Shown piece after piece: positions 11,015 to 22,207 of a stretch of DNA of 64,000 nucleotides. Numbering within the stretch: position 1 is the stretch's first letter; every line of letters begins with the position of its first letter. The translations under genes were made by a program, and so were the position numbers. The notes beneath the pieces were generated by a model that saw only the letters and a program-made list of their open reading frames with translations, was not told the DNA's origin and did no database searches. This stretch comes from Chiloscyllium plagiosum (taxonomy: Eukaryota): positions 78,365,960 through 78,429,959 of the forward strand of contig NC_057710.1 in the NCBI RefSeq assembly GCF_004010195.1, read 5' to 3'.

Positions 11015-13570
11015 TATCCAGCTTTTGCCAGACTAAAGCTGTATAGACTTTCATCATAACATCCTTGTTCTTTTATTCAATGCCTTGACTAATAAAAGCA
11101 AGTATCCCATCTGCACTCTTATTATCACCTTACCCACCTGTCTTACTACCCTCAAGAATCTATGGAAAGCACATCAAGGTCCTTTGTGTATTCCCTTCCC
11201 TTGTTAGTAATGCCAAAATACATCACCTTATACTTTTCAGAATTAAATTTCACTTGCCACTGTTCTGCTCAGCTGACCAGTCCATCTGTGTTACCCTGTG
11301 ATGTAAGAGTTTTCCCCACACTGTTTGCCACAGCATTAATTTTTGTCATCTGTGAAGTTACTGATCGTACCTACCACAATCACGTCTAGATCATTAATGT
11401 ACATAACAAACAACAAGGGACCCAGCACTGAACTCTAGTATTTCATTGGACACAGGGTTCAAGTCATAAAAAAACTACCTTGGACCATCACTCTTTGCCT
11501 ACTGACATTAAGCCAATGTGGATCCAATTTGCCCAAGTGTCTAGGATCCAGTGGGTTGGTATCTTCTTGCAAAGTTTTCCATATGTGACCTTGACAAAAG
11601 CCTTACTAAAGTTCAGGTAAACAACATCAACTGCACTAACCTCAAGTCCCCTTCTTGAAAATGCCTGTTAGATGTGATCTCTCACTGACAAAGCCATGCT
11701 GACTCTCTATGATTCATCTTTGCCTCTCCAACTGAAGATTAATTTGGTCCCTCAGAATTTCTTTCTAATATAGGTCCCTATCATTGATACACATTTCACG
11801 GACTTGTAGTCTAATGGTTTATCTTTACTATTTTTCTTGAATAATGGCACAACATTAGCTGCCCCCTTGACCTCTGGCATATCTGCCAGGCCAGAGAATA
11901 CTTGAAAATTAATGTTAGTGGGCATGCAATCACGTATTTATTAAGTTTTAATTATTAATCTCTTGCCTCCCAAAATGGCAGTCTGTGATAAATTTAGTCT
12001 GGGCCTGGTGATTATTTAGCCCACCAAAACATCTATTATCTCCTTCTTCACAATGCCATTTTTCAAGTATACCATAGACCCTTCTTTATTTCTAAATCTA
12101 CATTATACTTTCCTATAGTCATGACAGATGCAAAGTACTCATTTAAAGTCTCATCTATATCCTCCAGCTCCAAACACACATTACCATTTTGCACCAAAAC
12201 TTTGGACTCTTAGTGTGGTTAGCAGCTTACCCCTAATATCCTAATAAAGCATCTAGGGATTGTCATTTACTTTAACTGTCAGCGTCTTTTTCATGCACCT
12301 TCTTTGCTCTCTTTATTTACTTCTTAAGGAACCTGCCATACTTCCTGAACTACCTATAGATCTTCCACTGTATCGTACCCTTGGTACGTGCCATAAGCTT
12401 CTCCCTAATTAATTTTGTACATCCTCTGACATTCAGGTTTCCAGGACATTTTGGTTCCACCCTTTACCTTTGCAGGAATATGCTCACTCTGCTCTCTTAC
12501 TGTTTCCTTTTTGAAAGACTCCCACTGCTTGTAGATAGATTTTCCAATAAGTATCTGCTTCAGTTCACTTAGGCCAGATCCAGTCTTAAAATAATCAAAT
12601 CAACCTTCTCAGAATTCAGAACCTTCACTTCCAAGTCCAGCTTGGTCCACTTCCAATGACTACCTTAATCTTATTGTGTTATGAGTGTGAGAAATTCTTT
12701 CCCACTGACAATTGTACCACAAATCTAGGTTAGTTCACTATATCATTTCAGTTGCATGGCACTGTAATATTTTACTATAAATTCCGTGTCTTATGGTCCT
12801 GCTTCACAGCTACCTGATGTGTAGCTAGTACTTCCAAATGAACTGTTGGACAAAAACCTGGTGTTGTGTGATTTTTAACATTGTCCACACCAGTCCAAAA
12901 CCGGCTCCTCCACATCAGTTAATCTTGGTGAAGTTGAAAACCAATCACATTATTACCTTGCTATTTTTACACTAACTTGAAATTTGTCGACATATTTATC
13001 TCTCTGGCTGCTGAGGGTCTTTAGTACAGCTAAAACTATGATTGCCCCTTTTTTTCATTTTACGTTCTAACCATATGGCCTCAACTGAGGAACATTTTAA
13101 GAAACATCTTTTCTTATTGCAGTAATTGTCTCCTTAATTAATATTGTGATGTCACCTTCTCTTTTACATCTATTTCCATCCTCCTTGAAGATTCTGTACC
13201 CTGGAATGTTGAGGTGCTGATCCAGCCCCTCCTTCAAACATCTCTCTGTGACAGCAATGATATCACATCCCTATGTGTTAATCAGTGTCCTCAAGACATC
13301 AGTCTTGCTCATAAGACTCCTTGCAATAAAATAAATGCAATCCAGATTTACCACGCTCCCTTTTGCCTTATTTTGCTCTGCCTTCCAGATTGACTTGTTT
13401 TTTTTACAACACATATCTGTACATCACGCCCTATTGTACCTCCACTCTGTATCATAACACCTTCCTAAATTAGGTTAAAGCTCCACCGATGCCACCAGCA
13501 AATCTCCCCACAAGGATATTGGACTTGTTGAAGGACAACTTCTACAGGTCCCACCTTCCCCAGAAATGCA
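11015..13570 (-). mobile_element. Long decayed CR1-clade LINE (ORF1 end, APE, RT remnants)
   Basis: Minus strand shows CR1 RT remnants (VDVVYLNFSKAFVKV at ~11590-11630, SVLGPL at ~11415-11432) with many stops and indels. Confidence 0.75.
12725..12917 (+). mobile_element. PLE terminal repeat (fourth family), HHR with stem II deleted, nested in the CR1
   Basis: CACAGCTAC-CTGATG..AGCTAG-TACTTCCAAATGAACTGTTGGAC..AACCTGGTGTTGTGTG..CCAGTCCAAAACCGGC interrupts the CR1 sequence. Family assignment is from recalled PLE termini. Confidence 0.55.
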
Positions 13571-13579
13571 CTTAATGAT

Positions 13580-13628
13580 CCACATTTCAGCTCTGATCGC
13601 CAGCATCTGCAGACCTCACTTTCTCCTA
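13580..13628 (+). mobile_element. PLE family A tail-only fragment
   Basis: CACATTTCAGCTCTGATCGCCAGCATCTGCAGACCTCACTTTCTCCTA matches 15862-15911. Confidence 0.75.
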
Positions 13629-13719
13629 TGCTGAAAGCAACCCATGTCATGACAGGACCTGGCTTGTGTGTTGAGCAAAGGACAGAGAAGGAATTGTTTA
13701 GGCTCTAAAATTAGTAAAC

Positions 13720-13945
13720 ACAATATTGAGTCCTGAGGTGGAAAATGAGGTATAGTTCTTCCAGCTTACACTGAGCTCCGCTGGAGCAATGGAGCCAGCT
13801 TGAGACAGAGATGTTGGCCAGGGAACAGGGTGGTGTGTTGAAGTGGCAGGCAGGTGGAAGCACAGGATCTTTTTTATAGACAGAATGTAGGTGTTTCACA
13901 AAACAGTTGTTCAGTCTATGTTTCATCTTCTCAACATAGACAAGA
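13720..13945 (-). mobile_element. PLE GIY-YIG endonuclease fragment
   Basis: VYVEKMKHRLNNCFVKHLHSV..PPACHFNTPPCSLANISVSSWLHCSSGAQCKLEELYLIFHLRT is the C-terminal half of a PLE GIY-YIG domain. Confidence 0.8.
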
Positions 13946-14320
13946 CCAATTGCGAGCCCTCCAAAAGTTTTTGGCAAGTTTGTTGCAAGATGCCACAGGA
14001 AGATCCATGAGTGTGATTTCTCTAAAGACGCCCTCTCACAGAGGCTAATCAAATTAGTAACCTTGATGCATCAACTAAAGCCTATGAAGGATCCTATGGT
14101 TAAGTAAAAGGGCCATACGATTGCACATTGCTTGAAGATGAAGCCACAGTGGCAAGCGAAAAAGAATTACATGCTGTAGGCACAACCAATGACATTGTCA
14201 CTGTGAGCAAACCAACCAGATCTGAAACAGATTCATCTTCTCAAATCTACCCAAATACTGACCAGTTTAGCTTGATATCTGTGAAGCATGAGACTGTAAG
14301 GAGCATTGGGCGAACATTGA

Positions 14321-14725
14321 GACATAGAGTCATAGAGTCATATAGCACAGAAATATATCCTTAGATCCAACCAGTCCATGCTGAACATTTTCCCAAACTA
14401 AACTAGTCCCACCTGTCTTCTCCTGGCCCATTTTCCTCCATATCTTTCCTATTCATGTATCCATCCAAATGTCTTTTAAACATTGTATTTGTACCCGCAT
14501 CTACCACTTTCTCAGGAATTTCATTCCACACAGGAACCACCCTCTGTGTAAAAGATTTGCCTTTTTTAAATCTCTCTTCTTCATAAAAATGTGCTCTTTA
14601 GTCTTGAAATTCCCCACCTTAGGGAAAAGACAGCTATCATTAACTCTATCTACACCTCTCATTATTTTATAAAATTCTATCAGGTCACCTCTCAACCTCC
14701 TATGCTCCAGTGAAAAAAGTCCCAT
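14321..14725 (-). mobile_element. HER1/CR1 LINE 3' fragment
   Basis: LFSLEHRRLRGDLIEFYKIMRGVDRVN..LFPKVG, with a (GACTCTAT)n tail at ~14323-14342. Confidence 0.9.
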
Positions 14726-15298
14726 GTAGAAAATCAGTTTCTAAATACCCAGGCAGAGCCAAGAAAAAAGCACAGGTGACCAACAGTATGGTACAACAGC
14801 ACCATACTGGCAGAAATAAGGTAAACAAACACAAATGTATTGATGAAGTGAACAGTCAGCTGAGTGATAGGCAAAGTAAGAAAGATAACTGAGCATTCAA
14901 TGTTGTTTACCTCACAAACTATTCCAATGGTAGAAGGCAATCAGAAGCTTTTACAGCTATGAACAACATACGGCCCAAAAAGGCAGGATGACACATCTTA
15001 AAGCTATAAATGAAAAAAGGAGCTAGTAACAAAATATTACCATTACACATGTAGCCCAGCAAGTGGTGCAACATGGTAGAGTCTATGAGAGACTATCACA
15101 CAGCATATCATCAATTCCCTGCAAAGGTGTAATCACACTGCAATATGCATGCTTATTTTGACTTCCTGAATCTTCTACCAGGTAGATACCAATGATCCAA
15201 CAGTGACTGGAATATCTGAACGCCCAGATTTCAGCACAGCCACAACTGGTGGGATTCAAACTACATTCGCTATATTGAACAGGCCAGATGTAACTCCA

Positions 15299-15910
15299 TC
15301 GCCAGACCATGGCAACCATGCAGGTCCTTGGCCTGCTCCATCGCCAGACCATGGCAACCCCTGCAACCGCAAGAAATGAAAAATTTGCACCCACACCTCC
15401 CCCCTCACTTCCCTCCAAGTCCCCAAGGGATCCTTCCATATCCATTTCAAATTCACCTGCACCTCCACACACATCATTTACTGCATCCACTGCACCCGAT
15501 GTGGCCTCCTCTACATTGGGGAGACAGGCCGCCTACTTGCGGAACGTTTCAGAGAACACCTCTGGGACANNNNNNNNNNNNNNNNNNNNNNNNNNNNNNN
15601 NNNNNNNNNNNNNNNNNNNNNNNNNNNNNNNNNNNNNNNNNNNNNNNNNNNCTGTCCCCACCCCCTCTCCGGCCTATCACCCTCACCTTAACCTCCTTCC
15701 ACCTATCTCATTCCCAATGCCCCTCCCCCAAGTCCCTCCTCCCTACCTTTTATCTTAGCCTGCTTGGCACACCCTCTTCATTCCTGAAGAAGGGCTTATG
15801 CCCGAAACATCGATTCTCCTGCTCCTTGGATGCTGCCTGACCTGCTCCGCTTTTCCAGCAACACATTTTTCAGCTCTGATCTCCAGCATCTGCAGTCCTC
15901 ACTTTCTCCT
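15299..15910 (+). mobile_element. Penelope-like element (GIY-YIG to terminal repeat; spans an N gap)
   Basis: PCNRKK*KICTHTSPLTSLQ..FTCTSTHIIYCIHCTRCGLLYIGETGRLLAERFREHLWD. HHR at 15780-15815 (GTC decayed to ATC). 13-bp TSD AGATGTAACTCCA at 15286-15298 and 15911-15923. Confidence 0.92.
15570..15651. other. Assembly gap (N run)
   Basis: Run of N. Confidence 1.
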
Positions 15911-17420
15911 AGATGTAACTCCACCAAATCAATCAAGGTTTAAGATATTCTTCAGGTAAATGAGTGATACTTTGGCCAAAGCCAGTCTGAATAGTAATGA
16001 AATCAGCAACTTCTGAAGATTAGTAACTATAAGCAACAATGAGCAACTATCACTATCTAGGGATGGCCTGACAGAATTAAAGTTCTTGAGAACATTTGTT
16101 CATTTTGGCCACGCAGAGATATTACAACAGATTATTTTTCAATGGTACTCAAGTCCTAATGCCAAAATATCCTTTATACAAGGATATTATGATCTTTTAA
16201 ACACCAAGATACAGGAAAATCAACACATAAATTTGTGCACTGGCCTGGAAAGGGATAGGATATTCAATAAATAATGAAAGAATGGGAACATGTGAAACAT
16301 ACCAATCCCAGTAGTAAAGGCATCCTCTTCAACTACATAATTCTTCAGTCACAACTTCGATAAAAATAGGAACAGATCAGTTTATAGTGCATGAAGATAT
16401 TTACATCCATGTGATCAATTACTTTTCCAAATTTTCCCATAGCTCAAACATTAGCAACACAGTGAGGACAATCATATTTGAAAAAATGGCTGCTATTTTC
16501 AGTTTATTTACCATACTAGAATGAACAGTGTATGACAATGGACTCCAGTTCAAATAATTTCAAGGAATGTGTACTGAGTGGGGAGTGACCCATACCACAT
16601 TGTCATTAGCCTTGCCTCAATGGTCTAGCAGAATGTATGCTACATTCTATCATATATACAGCCTTGAGTTGAACCACAAATCAATATTTTCCACATTGCA
16701 TTGTTGCAACATCGAAGATGAGATTACCATCCGCTACACAATTTATGCTCCAGAAGTGAGTGTAAACATCCTTGCCCAGAAGCCAATTATTGATCCTTAT
16801 TGAAACATAAGGTATCCTTCTTCAAAGGCAAAGGAGAATGAAAGAGACACATGGCCAGCAAACAGGTTAAAAAACAAACTAATGTATGGGTCAGGTATCC
16901 AAGTCTAAATACAGCAAAGATTTCAAACTTACGTAACCACAACATGTTTGTGATCACGGTTATATATTACAAAGGAACAGAGGGCAACTCACAACAATGT
17001 ACAATCTGGCATGAAGAATGAGAGATAATTGTGCAGAGATTTTGAGAGACCGCAAACAGCAGCAAGACTGTCAGATTGTCAACCAAGAGCAACCAAACAC
17101 AACAGGTAAATGGCTATATGATCACCAGAATAAGACAAGTTGTCAAACATCTAAAACATTATGTAAACTCTGTTTCTACCTATTTTTATAATTAACAAAT
17201 TCACAATATCTGCCCATGTATAACCATGTTTAATTGTTTGGGATTTCTTTTTCTCTTTGGAGAAAAAGGTGGCTGTTTTGTTATGTCTCACAGCTCATTT
17301 GTAGTTTACCTTTAAGAGCGATACTAATTATGTCACCATATCATATCATATGACATGAGGACATAAAGGGAGAAGTCTCCATCTTAACTGGGGTCACATT
17401 AAGCATGACATGGCAAAAGC

Positions 17421-18385
17421 ATCCAAAAACGATGAACTGGGAGTGTTGGAAATCAGCAACAAAAATAGGTCCAGCGACCCTTCTTCTGTTCTGATATGAA
17501 ATGTTAACTGTCCTTTCTCTCTACACATACTGCCAGATGACATGCCATGTGAGAAAATGTGAGGTCATGCACTTTGGTAGGAAGAATAGAAGTATGGACT
17601 ATTTTCTAAGTGGGGAGAAAATTCAGAAATCGGAAGTTCAAACGTATTTTGGGAGTCCTAGTCCAGGATTCTCTTAAGATAAACTTGCAGGTTGAGTTGG
17701 TAGTTAGGAAAGCAATACAATGTTGTCAGTCATCTTGAGAGGACTATAATATAAAAGCAGGGAAGTATTTCTGAAGCTTTATTAGGCTCTGGTCAGACCA
17801 CATTTACAGTATTATGAGCAATTTTGGGCCCCATATCTTAGGAAAGATGAATTGGACCTGGAGTGGGTCCAGAGGAGGTTCCTGAGAATGATCCCAGGAA
17901 TGAAAGGCTTAACATATGTGGAATGTTTGAGGACTTTTGGACTATACTCGATGGAGTTTACAAGGTTGAGGGGGATCTAATTAAAACTTACTGAATGGCC
18001 TGGACAGAGTGGATGTTGGGAAGACGTTTCCGTTGGTAGGAGAGATGAGGACCCAAGGTCATAGCCTTAGAGTAAAGGGAAGACCTTTTAGAATGGAGAT
18101 AAGGAGAAACTTGTTTTGGCAGAGATTGGTGAATCTGTGAAATTCATTGCTGCAGAAGGCTATGGAGGCCAGATCATTGAGTGTCTTTAAAACTGAGATA
18201 AATAAGTTTTTGATTACCAAGGGGGATCAAAGATTACAGGGAGAAAGTGGGAAAATGGGGTTGAAAAGCCCATCCGCCATGATTGAATGGCAGAACGGAC
18301 TCAATGGGTTGAATGGCCGAATTTCTGATCCTGTCATATGATCTTAGATCCACTGAGTTTTTCCAGCAATTTCTGTTTTTGTTTG
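17421..18385. mobile_element. Inverted PLE terminal hairpin element (family B) split by a CR1 insertion
   Basis: 10-bp TSD TGGCAAAAGC at 17411-17420 and 18386-18395. HHR remnants GGTCCAGCGACCCTTCTTC (-) and GAAATGTTAACT (+). The tail resumes at ~18348 after the CR1. Confidence 0.7.
17540..18347 (+). mobile_element. CR1 LINE 3' portion
   Basis: KCEVMHFGRKNR..ALVRPHLQYYEQFWAPYLRKD..LEWVQRRFLRMIPGMKGL..., ending in a CR1 3'UTR. Confidence 0.9.
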
Positions 18386-20284
18386 TGGCAAAAGCTTGCT
18401 CCTGTTTGTAACTAAAGAGCTTAATACTAACCCAACTTTGAATTGCCTATGACTAATATATACATGTTGATTGAATCTTTTTGTACCATATTAGTCATAT
18501 TCAGGTATAATGTTATGTGAGATAGCATAGGTATAGCCTCATCAAGTACAAGTCCCTGCTAGAACCGAAAGCCCTTGTCCCATTGGTGGATCAGGAAGCT
18601 AAGTGGGCAGGGCAAGCACAATACATCTCCAATTAAGAGTGGTCACCACTAACAATACTGACCCTCGTCAGAGCATCCAGTCTATCAAGACTATAACTGG
18701 AATTGCATGCACCATGGGATTCTGTGGGGCCTGTTGGTTTGTTACTATTTATGTTAATCCAACACATGTTAAAGAACAGAATCATTGAGTGACTGCAGTA
18801 GAAGAAATTGATTGGCCCTTTATGTCCCCATCAGCTGTTTTCAAGAGCAAAGCCATTCTTCCCACTCTCCCACCATTTCCCATAGGCCTGCCATTTCTCA
18901 CTTGATCTAACTGAAGGAAAAAAAAACTACATGTGCAAGCCTGCAGTGCAGCAGCCTCGCTACCAATCAGCAATCTGCCCACAACGGTGGCAATTCATCA
19001 TGCATACTCGACAGTAAACAACACTTTGATTATATTTATTTCTCAGCTGGAAACATGTGTATGAATGGTTTACAGCTGAATGCAGCCTACTAACCTGCTA
19101 CGGGGAAAAAAATTCATAGAACCTGTCAGAGAAACGAACTCAACAGGGGTTGAGGTCAGAATTATATTGAGCTAAGCTGTTATGAGCAGATATACTTTAA
19201 CAGCCACTGTCAATGATGGACGCATTAAGAACAGGATATTTATTTTACCTATCTGCTTCTAAAATGAAAGGAACTTTGACATGAATGTACATTCTTGTGA
19301 ATGTAGACCTTGGTCTTTGCTGATTACTTACTGTTATCCAGCCTCCTGGAATGCAAAGCTCTGAATTTGTAATGCTTGAAAAATGTGCTCTGCCTCATTG
19401 CAACTCCTAATCGCTACAAGTGTACCCTTGTCCTAAAAATCACATCAGTATATTAGGGGTCACCTCATAAATACTTACTGCATGAAAGTCAATTACATTT
19501 CATCCTGTAGATAACAATAATTGGCTCTAAGATAACAAAATGAGTGTAGACAAAATAAATAGGGCAACTGCATTCCCAGACAAGCAATTTCTGTAGAAAG
19601 CATGGAGTTGCTTGAAAATTCTGGTGTTTGTAAATGAAATGTGCCAAGCAATTACATTTATATAAATGTAGAAGTAAAAAAAAACTTTTAGTAAGTACGA
19701 TAATGCTTTTCTATAAATAACACACTCTCAAATTATCTGAAGAAAAAAACTTTTTTCATGGAAACACAATGTGGAATAATGAATCATATGCAATGGCAAT
19801 CATGCTAATGAAGTCAAACCAAAATCTAGTTATAAGAAAAAGCAGGAATGAGAAAAGGTCTTTCTGCAAATTGAATCTCAAACCCAACGTAATACATTCT
19901 ATGCAAATAAATAACTATTTTGAACAATCTCAGTATTTGTGTTCTTATAGCTCAGCCAAGTAGATTATTCCAAATTGTGGAGATTGTGCATTTATTTCAA
20001 ATCAGCATTTTGAATGGGTTGTGTGCCAGGACTACCATTTGAGGATCAACATAGTGTGCTGTGCTAATACACACATACTTTACATGTTGTGAATCATGCC
20101 AGATGCCAACTTGGTAAAAGTCAATGTCAACATTTTACTCCTTAATGAAACAGGTTTTAATTGCTTTGTATTTGAAAATAAGATCCTGGACACCTGCATC
20201 TGATCCCTGCTGCAATGTTAGTTTGCCCTGAAACTAGCAGCACTCTCTCTGGTTGCATTCAAGAAAGAAAACGTTGCCATTAAA

Positions 20285-20770
20285 TAAAAAAAAAACAATA
20301 TAGCACAGAAACTAGCTTTTTAACCCAACAAGCCTGTGCTGATTCATGATGTTTTTTTAAAACTAGAGATCTTTTGTATCGAAACGGTCTATATTCCTCT
20401 ATTCTGTGCCAATTCATGCATTTACCTCTGGCAGCATATTCTAGGCAATTATTATGCTCTGTGTAAAACAAAAAGTGCCTCTCACATCTCTTTTAAACTT
20501 ATCTCTTTTATCTTAGACTGATGTCCCCTAGTTATTGACATTTCTCCCCTGGGACAAAAACTCTGAGTATTTAGTCTTGAGGAGGGGTCTCTGGATCCAA
20601 AAGGTTAACACTGATTTCCTCCACAGATGATCTCAGACCTGCTGAGCTTTTCCAATAATTTCTGTTTCTGTTTCTGACTATCCATTCCATTCTACGTGTT
20701 TCATAATCATGTAAACTTCCATCAGGTCGCCCCCTCCCCCACCCACCTCATCTTTCAACGTCAACTGAAA
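20285..20770 (-). mobile_element. Decayed CR1 3' fragment containing a PLE insertion
   Basis: CR1-like reverse strand (TGTCCCCTAGTTATTGACATTTCTCCCCTGGGACAAAA..CTTCCATCAGGTCGCCCCTC). Confidence 0.65.
20572..20672 (+). mobile_element. Short PLE family B HHR+tail insertion (degenerate)
   Basis: TTGAGGAGGGGTCTCTGGATCCAAAAGGTTAAC..CCACAGATG..GACCTGCTGAGCTTTTCC, flanked by imperfect repeats TCTGAGTAT / TCTGACTAT. Confidence 0.7.
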
Positions 20771-20771
20771 C

Positions 20772-20870
20772 AAACTGAGGGAGGGTCTTTGGACCTGAAA
20801 CATTAACTCTGGTTTTTCTTCACAGATGCTGCCAGACCTGCTGAGCTTTTCCAGCAGCTTCTGTTTTTAT
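20772..20870 (+). mobile_element. Short PLE family B HHR+tail insertion
   Basis: CTGAGGG-A-GGGTC TTTG GACCT-GAAAC-ATT-AACT, followed by CACAGATGCTGCCAGACCTGCTGAGCTTTTCCAGCA. Confidence 0.75.
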
Positions 20871-21165
20871 TACCACACCAGCCTCCCACATGCACATACA
20901 CACACAATATAATGCTCAACCTTCTTGAGGTCCACGATTTTACTAGCATTCAAGTCCCAACTCTTCCATCAATATCCCACACTTGGCATTCATCTTACTT
21001 ATTCTCTAAGTGTGATATTATCACAAACTCCTAGGCCCAAACTTTCTTTTTCCAGATTTCAGGAATCCAAGCCAATTGCATACCTGGAAACTAGAGTAGA
21101 TCTAGTTCAGCCTGTTACCATACTGCCATCTATATTATAATGAAATCTGAGATCCAAAATGGTGG

Positions 21166-21883
21166 TGTTATGGACCAGACTCCCTCAAAATACTGTAAGA
21201 AGGTAGCCTAGGTACTAGCTTTGACTTATTTTAAATGCAAATGTAAAGTTCCATGTTCTGAATGCAATGCTACTGGTCAAGCTACACAACATTAAGCAAA
21301 ACAAAGTTTATTTAAACACTATAGTTAAAATATAGCAAAGAAAGAGGAATTTAGAATAACTTCACTTATTTTTTTTTGGAAAACTTAACAGAATGGGAGG
21401 CATGGTGGCACAGTGGTTAGCACTGCTGTCTCACAGCGCCAGAGACCTGGGTTCAATTCCCACCTCAGGCGAATGACTGTGTGGAGTTTGCACATTCTCC
21501 CCGTGTCTGCGTGGGTTTCCTCCGGGTGCTCCAGTTTCCTCCCACAGTCCAAAAATGTGCAGGTTAGGTGAATTGGCCATGCTAAATTGCCCGTAGTGTT
21601 AGATGTAGGGGAATTGGTCTGGGTGGGTTGCACTTCAGCGGGTCGGTGTGGACTTGTTGGGCCGAAGGGCATGTTTCCACACTGTAAGTAATCTAATCTA
21701 AACAAATACAATACAACTGTTCCAATGTAGTAACATCCCATAAACACACCCCTTGGCAAAAAGACAAATTCAGTAAAACCAATTTTGTCTCATGTGCAAT
21801 CTAGCAGCCTAGGAAGAGAACCCCCGGCTTCAGGCTGTACTTGAGAAAGGGAAAAATAGCTTCTACTTCTTCAAGCCCACACC
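21166..21883 (-). repeat. 3' LTR of the Gmr1-like element (inner end lost, HE1 inserted)
   Basis: TGTTATGGACCAGAC..CTCCCTCAAAATA..AAGAAGGTAGCCTAG aligns with 26602 onward, up to ~27022. Confidence 0.88.
21393..21700 (+). mobile_element. HE1-type SINE inserted in the LTR
   Basis: GGCATGGTGGCACAGTGGTTAGCACTGCTG..GGGTTCAATTCCC..GGGCCGAAGGGCATGTTTCCACACTGTAAGTAATCTAATCTAA. Confidence 0.93.
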
Positions 21884-21884
21884 A

Positions 21885-22207
21885 CCACGGAGAATGGGTA
21901 AACTCCACACACAGAGTCCAGATTCGAGTGTTGCTGGAAAAGCACAGCAGGTCAGGCAGCATCTGAGGAGCTGGAAAATCGATGGCTCAGGAACAGAAGG
22001 GCTTTTGCCCGAGGCGTAGATTTTCCGGCTCCTCGGATGCTGCCTGACCTGCTGTGCTTTTCCAGCACCACTCTAGTCTGGACTCCAGCATTTGCAGCCC
22101 TTGTTTTTACCTAAACTCTACACACAGTCGCCCAAGTCTAGAATCAAACCTGGGTCCCTAGCACTGTGAGGCTGCAGTGTTAACCACTGGACCACCATGC
22201 TGCCCCA
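21885..22207 (-). mobile_element. HE1 SINE head fragment at the LTR/RT deletion junction, split by a PLE hairpin
   Basis: GAGAATGGGTAAACTCCACAC..CAGTCGCCCAAG..AACCTGGGTCCC..GCAGTGTTAACCACTGGACCACCATGCTGCCC. Confidence 0.8.
21915..22111. mobile_element. Hairpin PLE mini-element (inverted family A termini plus tail)
   Basis: Arm 21915-21980 is the reverse complement of ~22018-22085. HHR remnant GAAGGGCTTTTGCCCGAGGCGTAG. 16-bp TSD TAAACTC(C/T)ACACACAG at 21899-21914 and 22112-22127. Confidence 0.88.

Larger units (their letters stand above)
14900..17275 (+). mobile_element. Very decayed Gypsy pol remnant (protease-like and integrase core), with PPT
   Basis: LKL*MKKGASNKILPL (~14997-15045, decayed DTGA..N.LP). 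Integrase core remnants KIGTDQF..VINYFSKF, AIFSLF..TVYDNGLQF and CTEWGVTHTT at 16363-16600. Purine tract GAGAAAAAGGTGGC before TGT at ~17274. Confidence 0.6.

Noticed and set aside
21397-21465. tRNA gene
   Set aside because: tRNA-like A/B boxes run directly into the SINE body and tail, so this is a SINE head.
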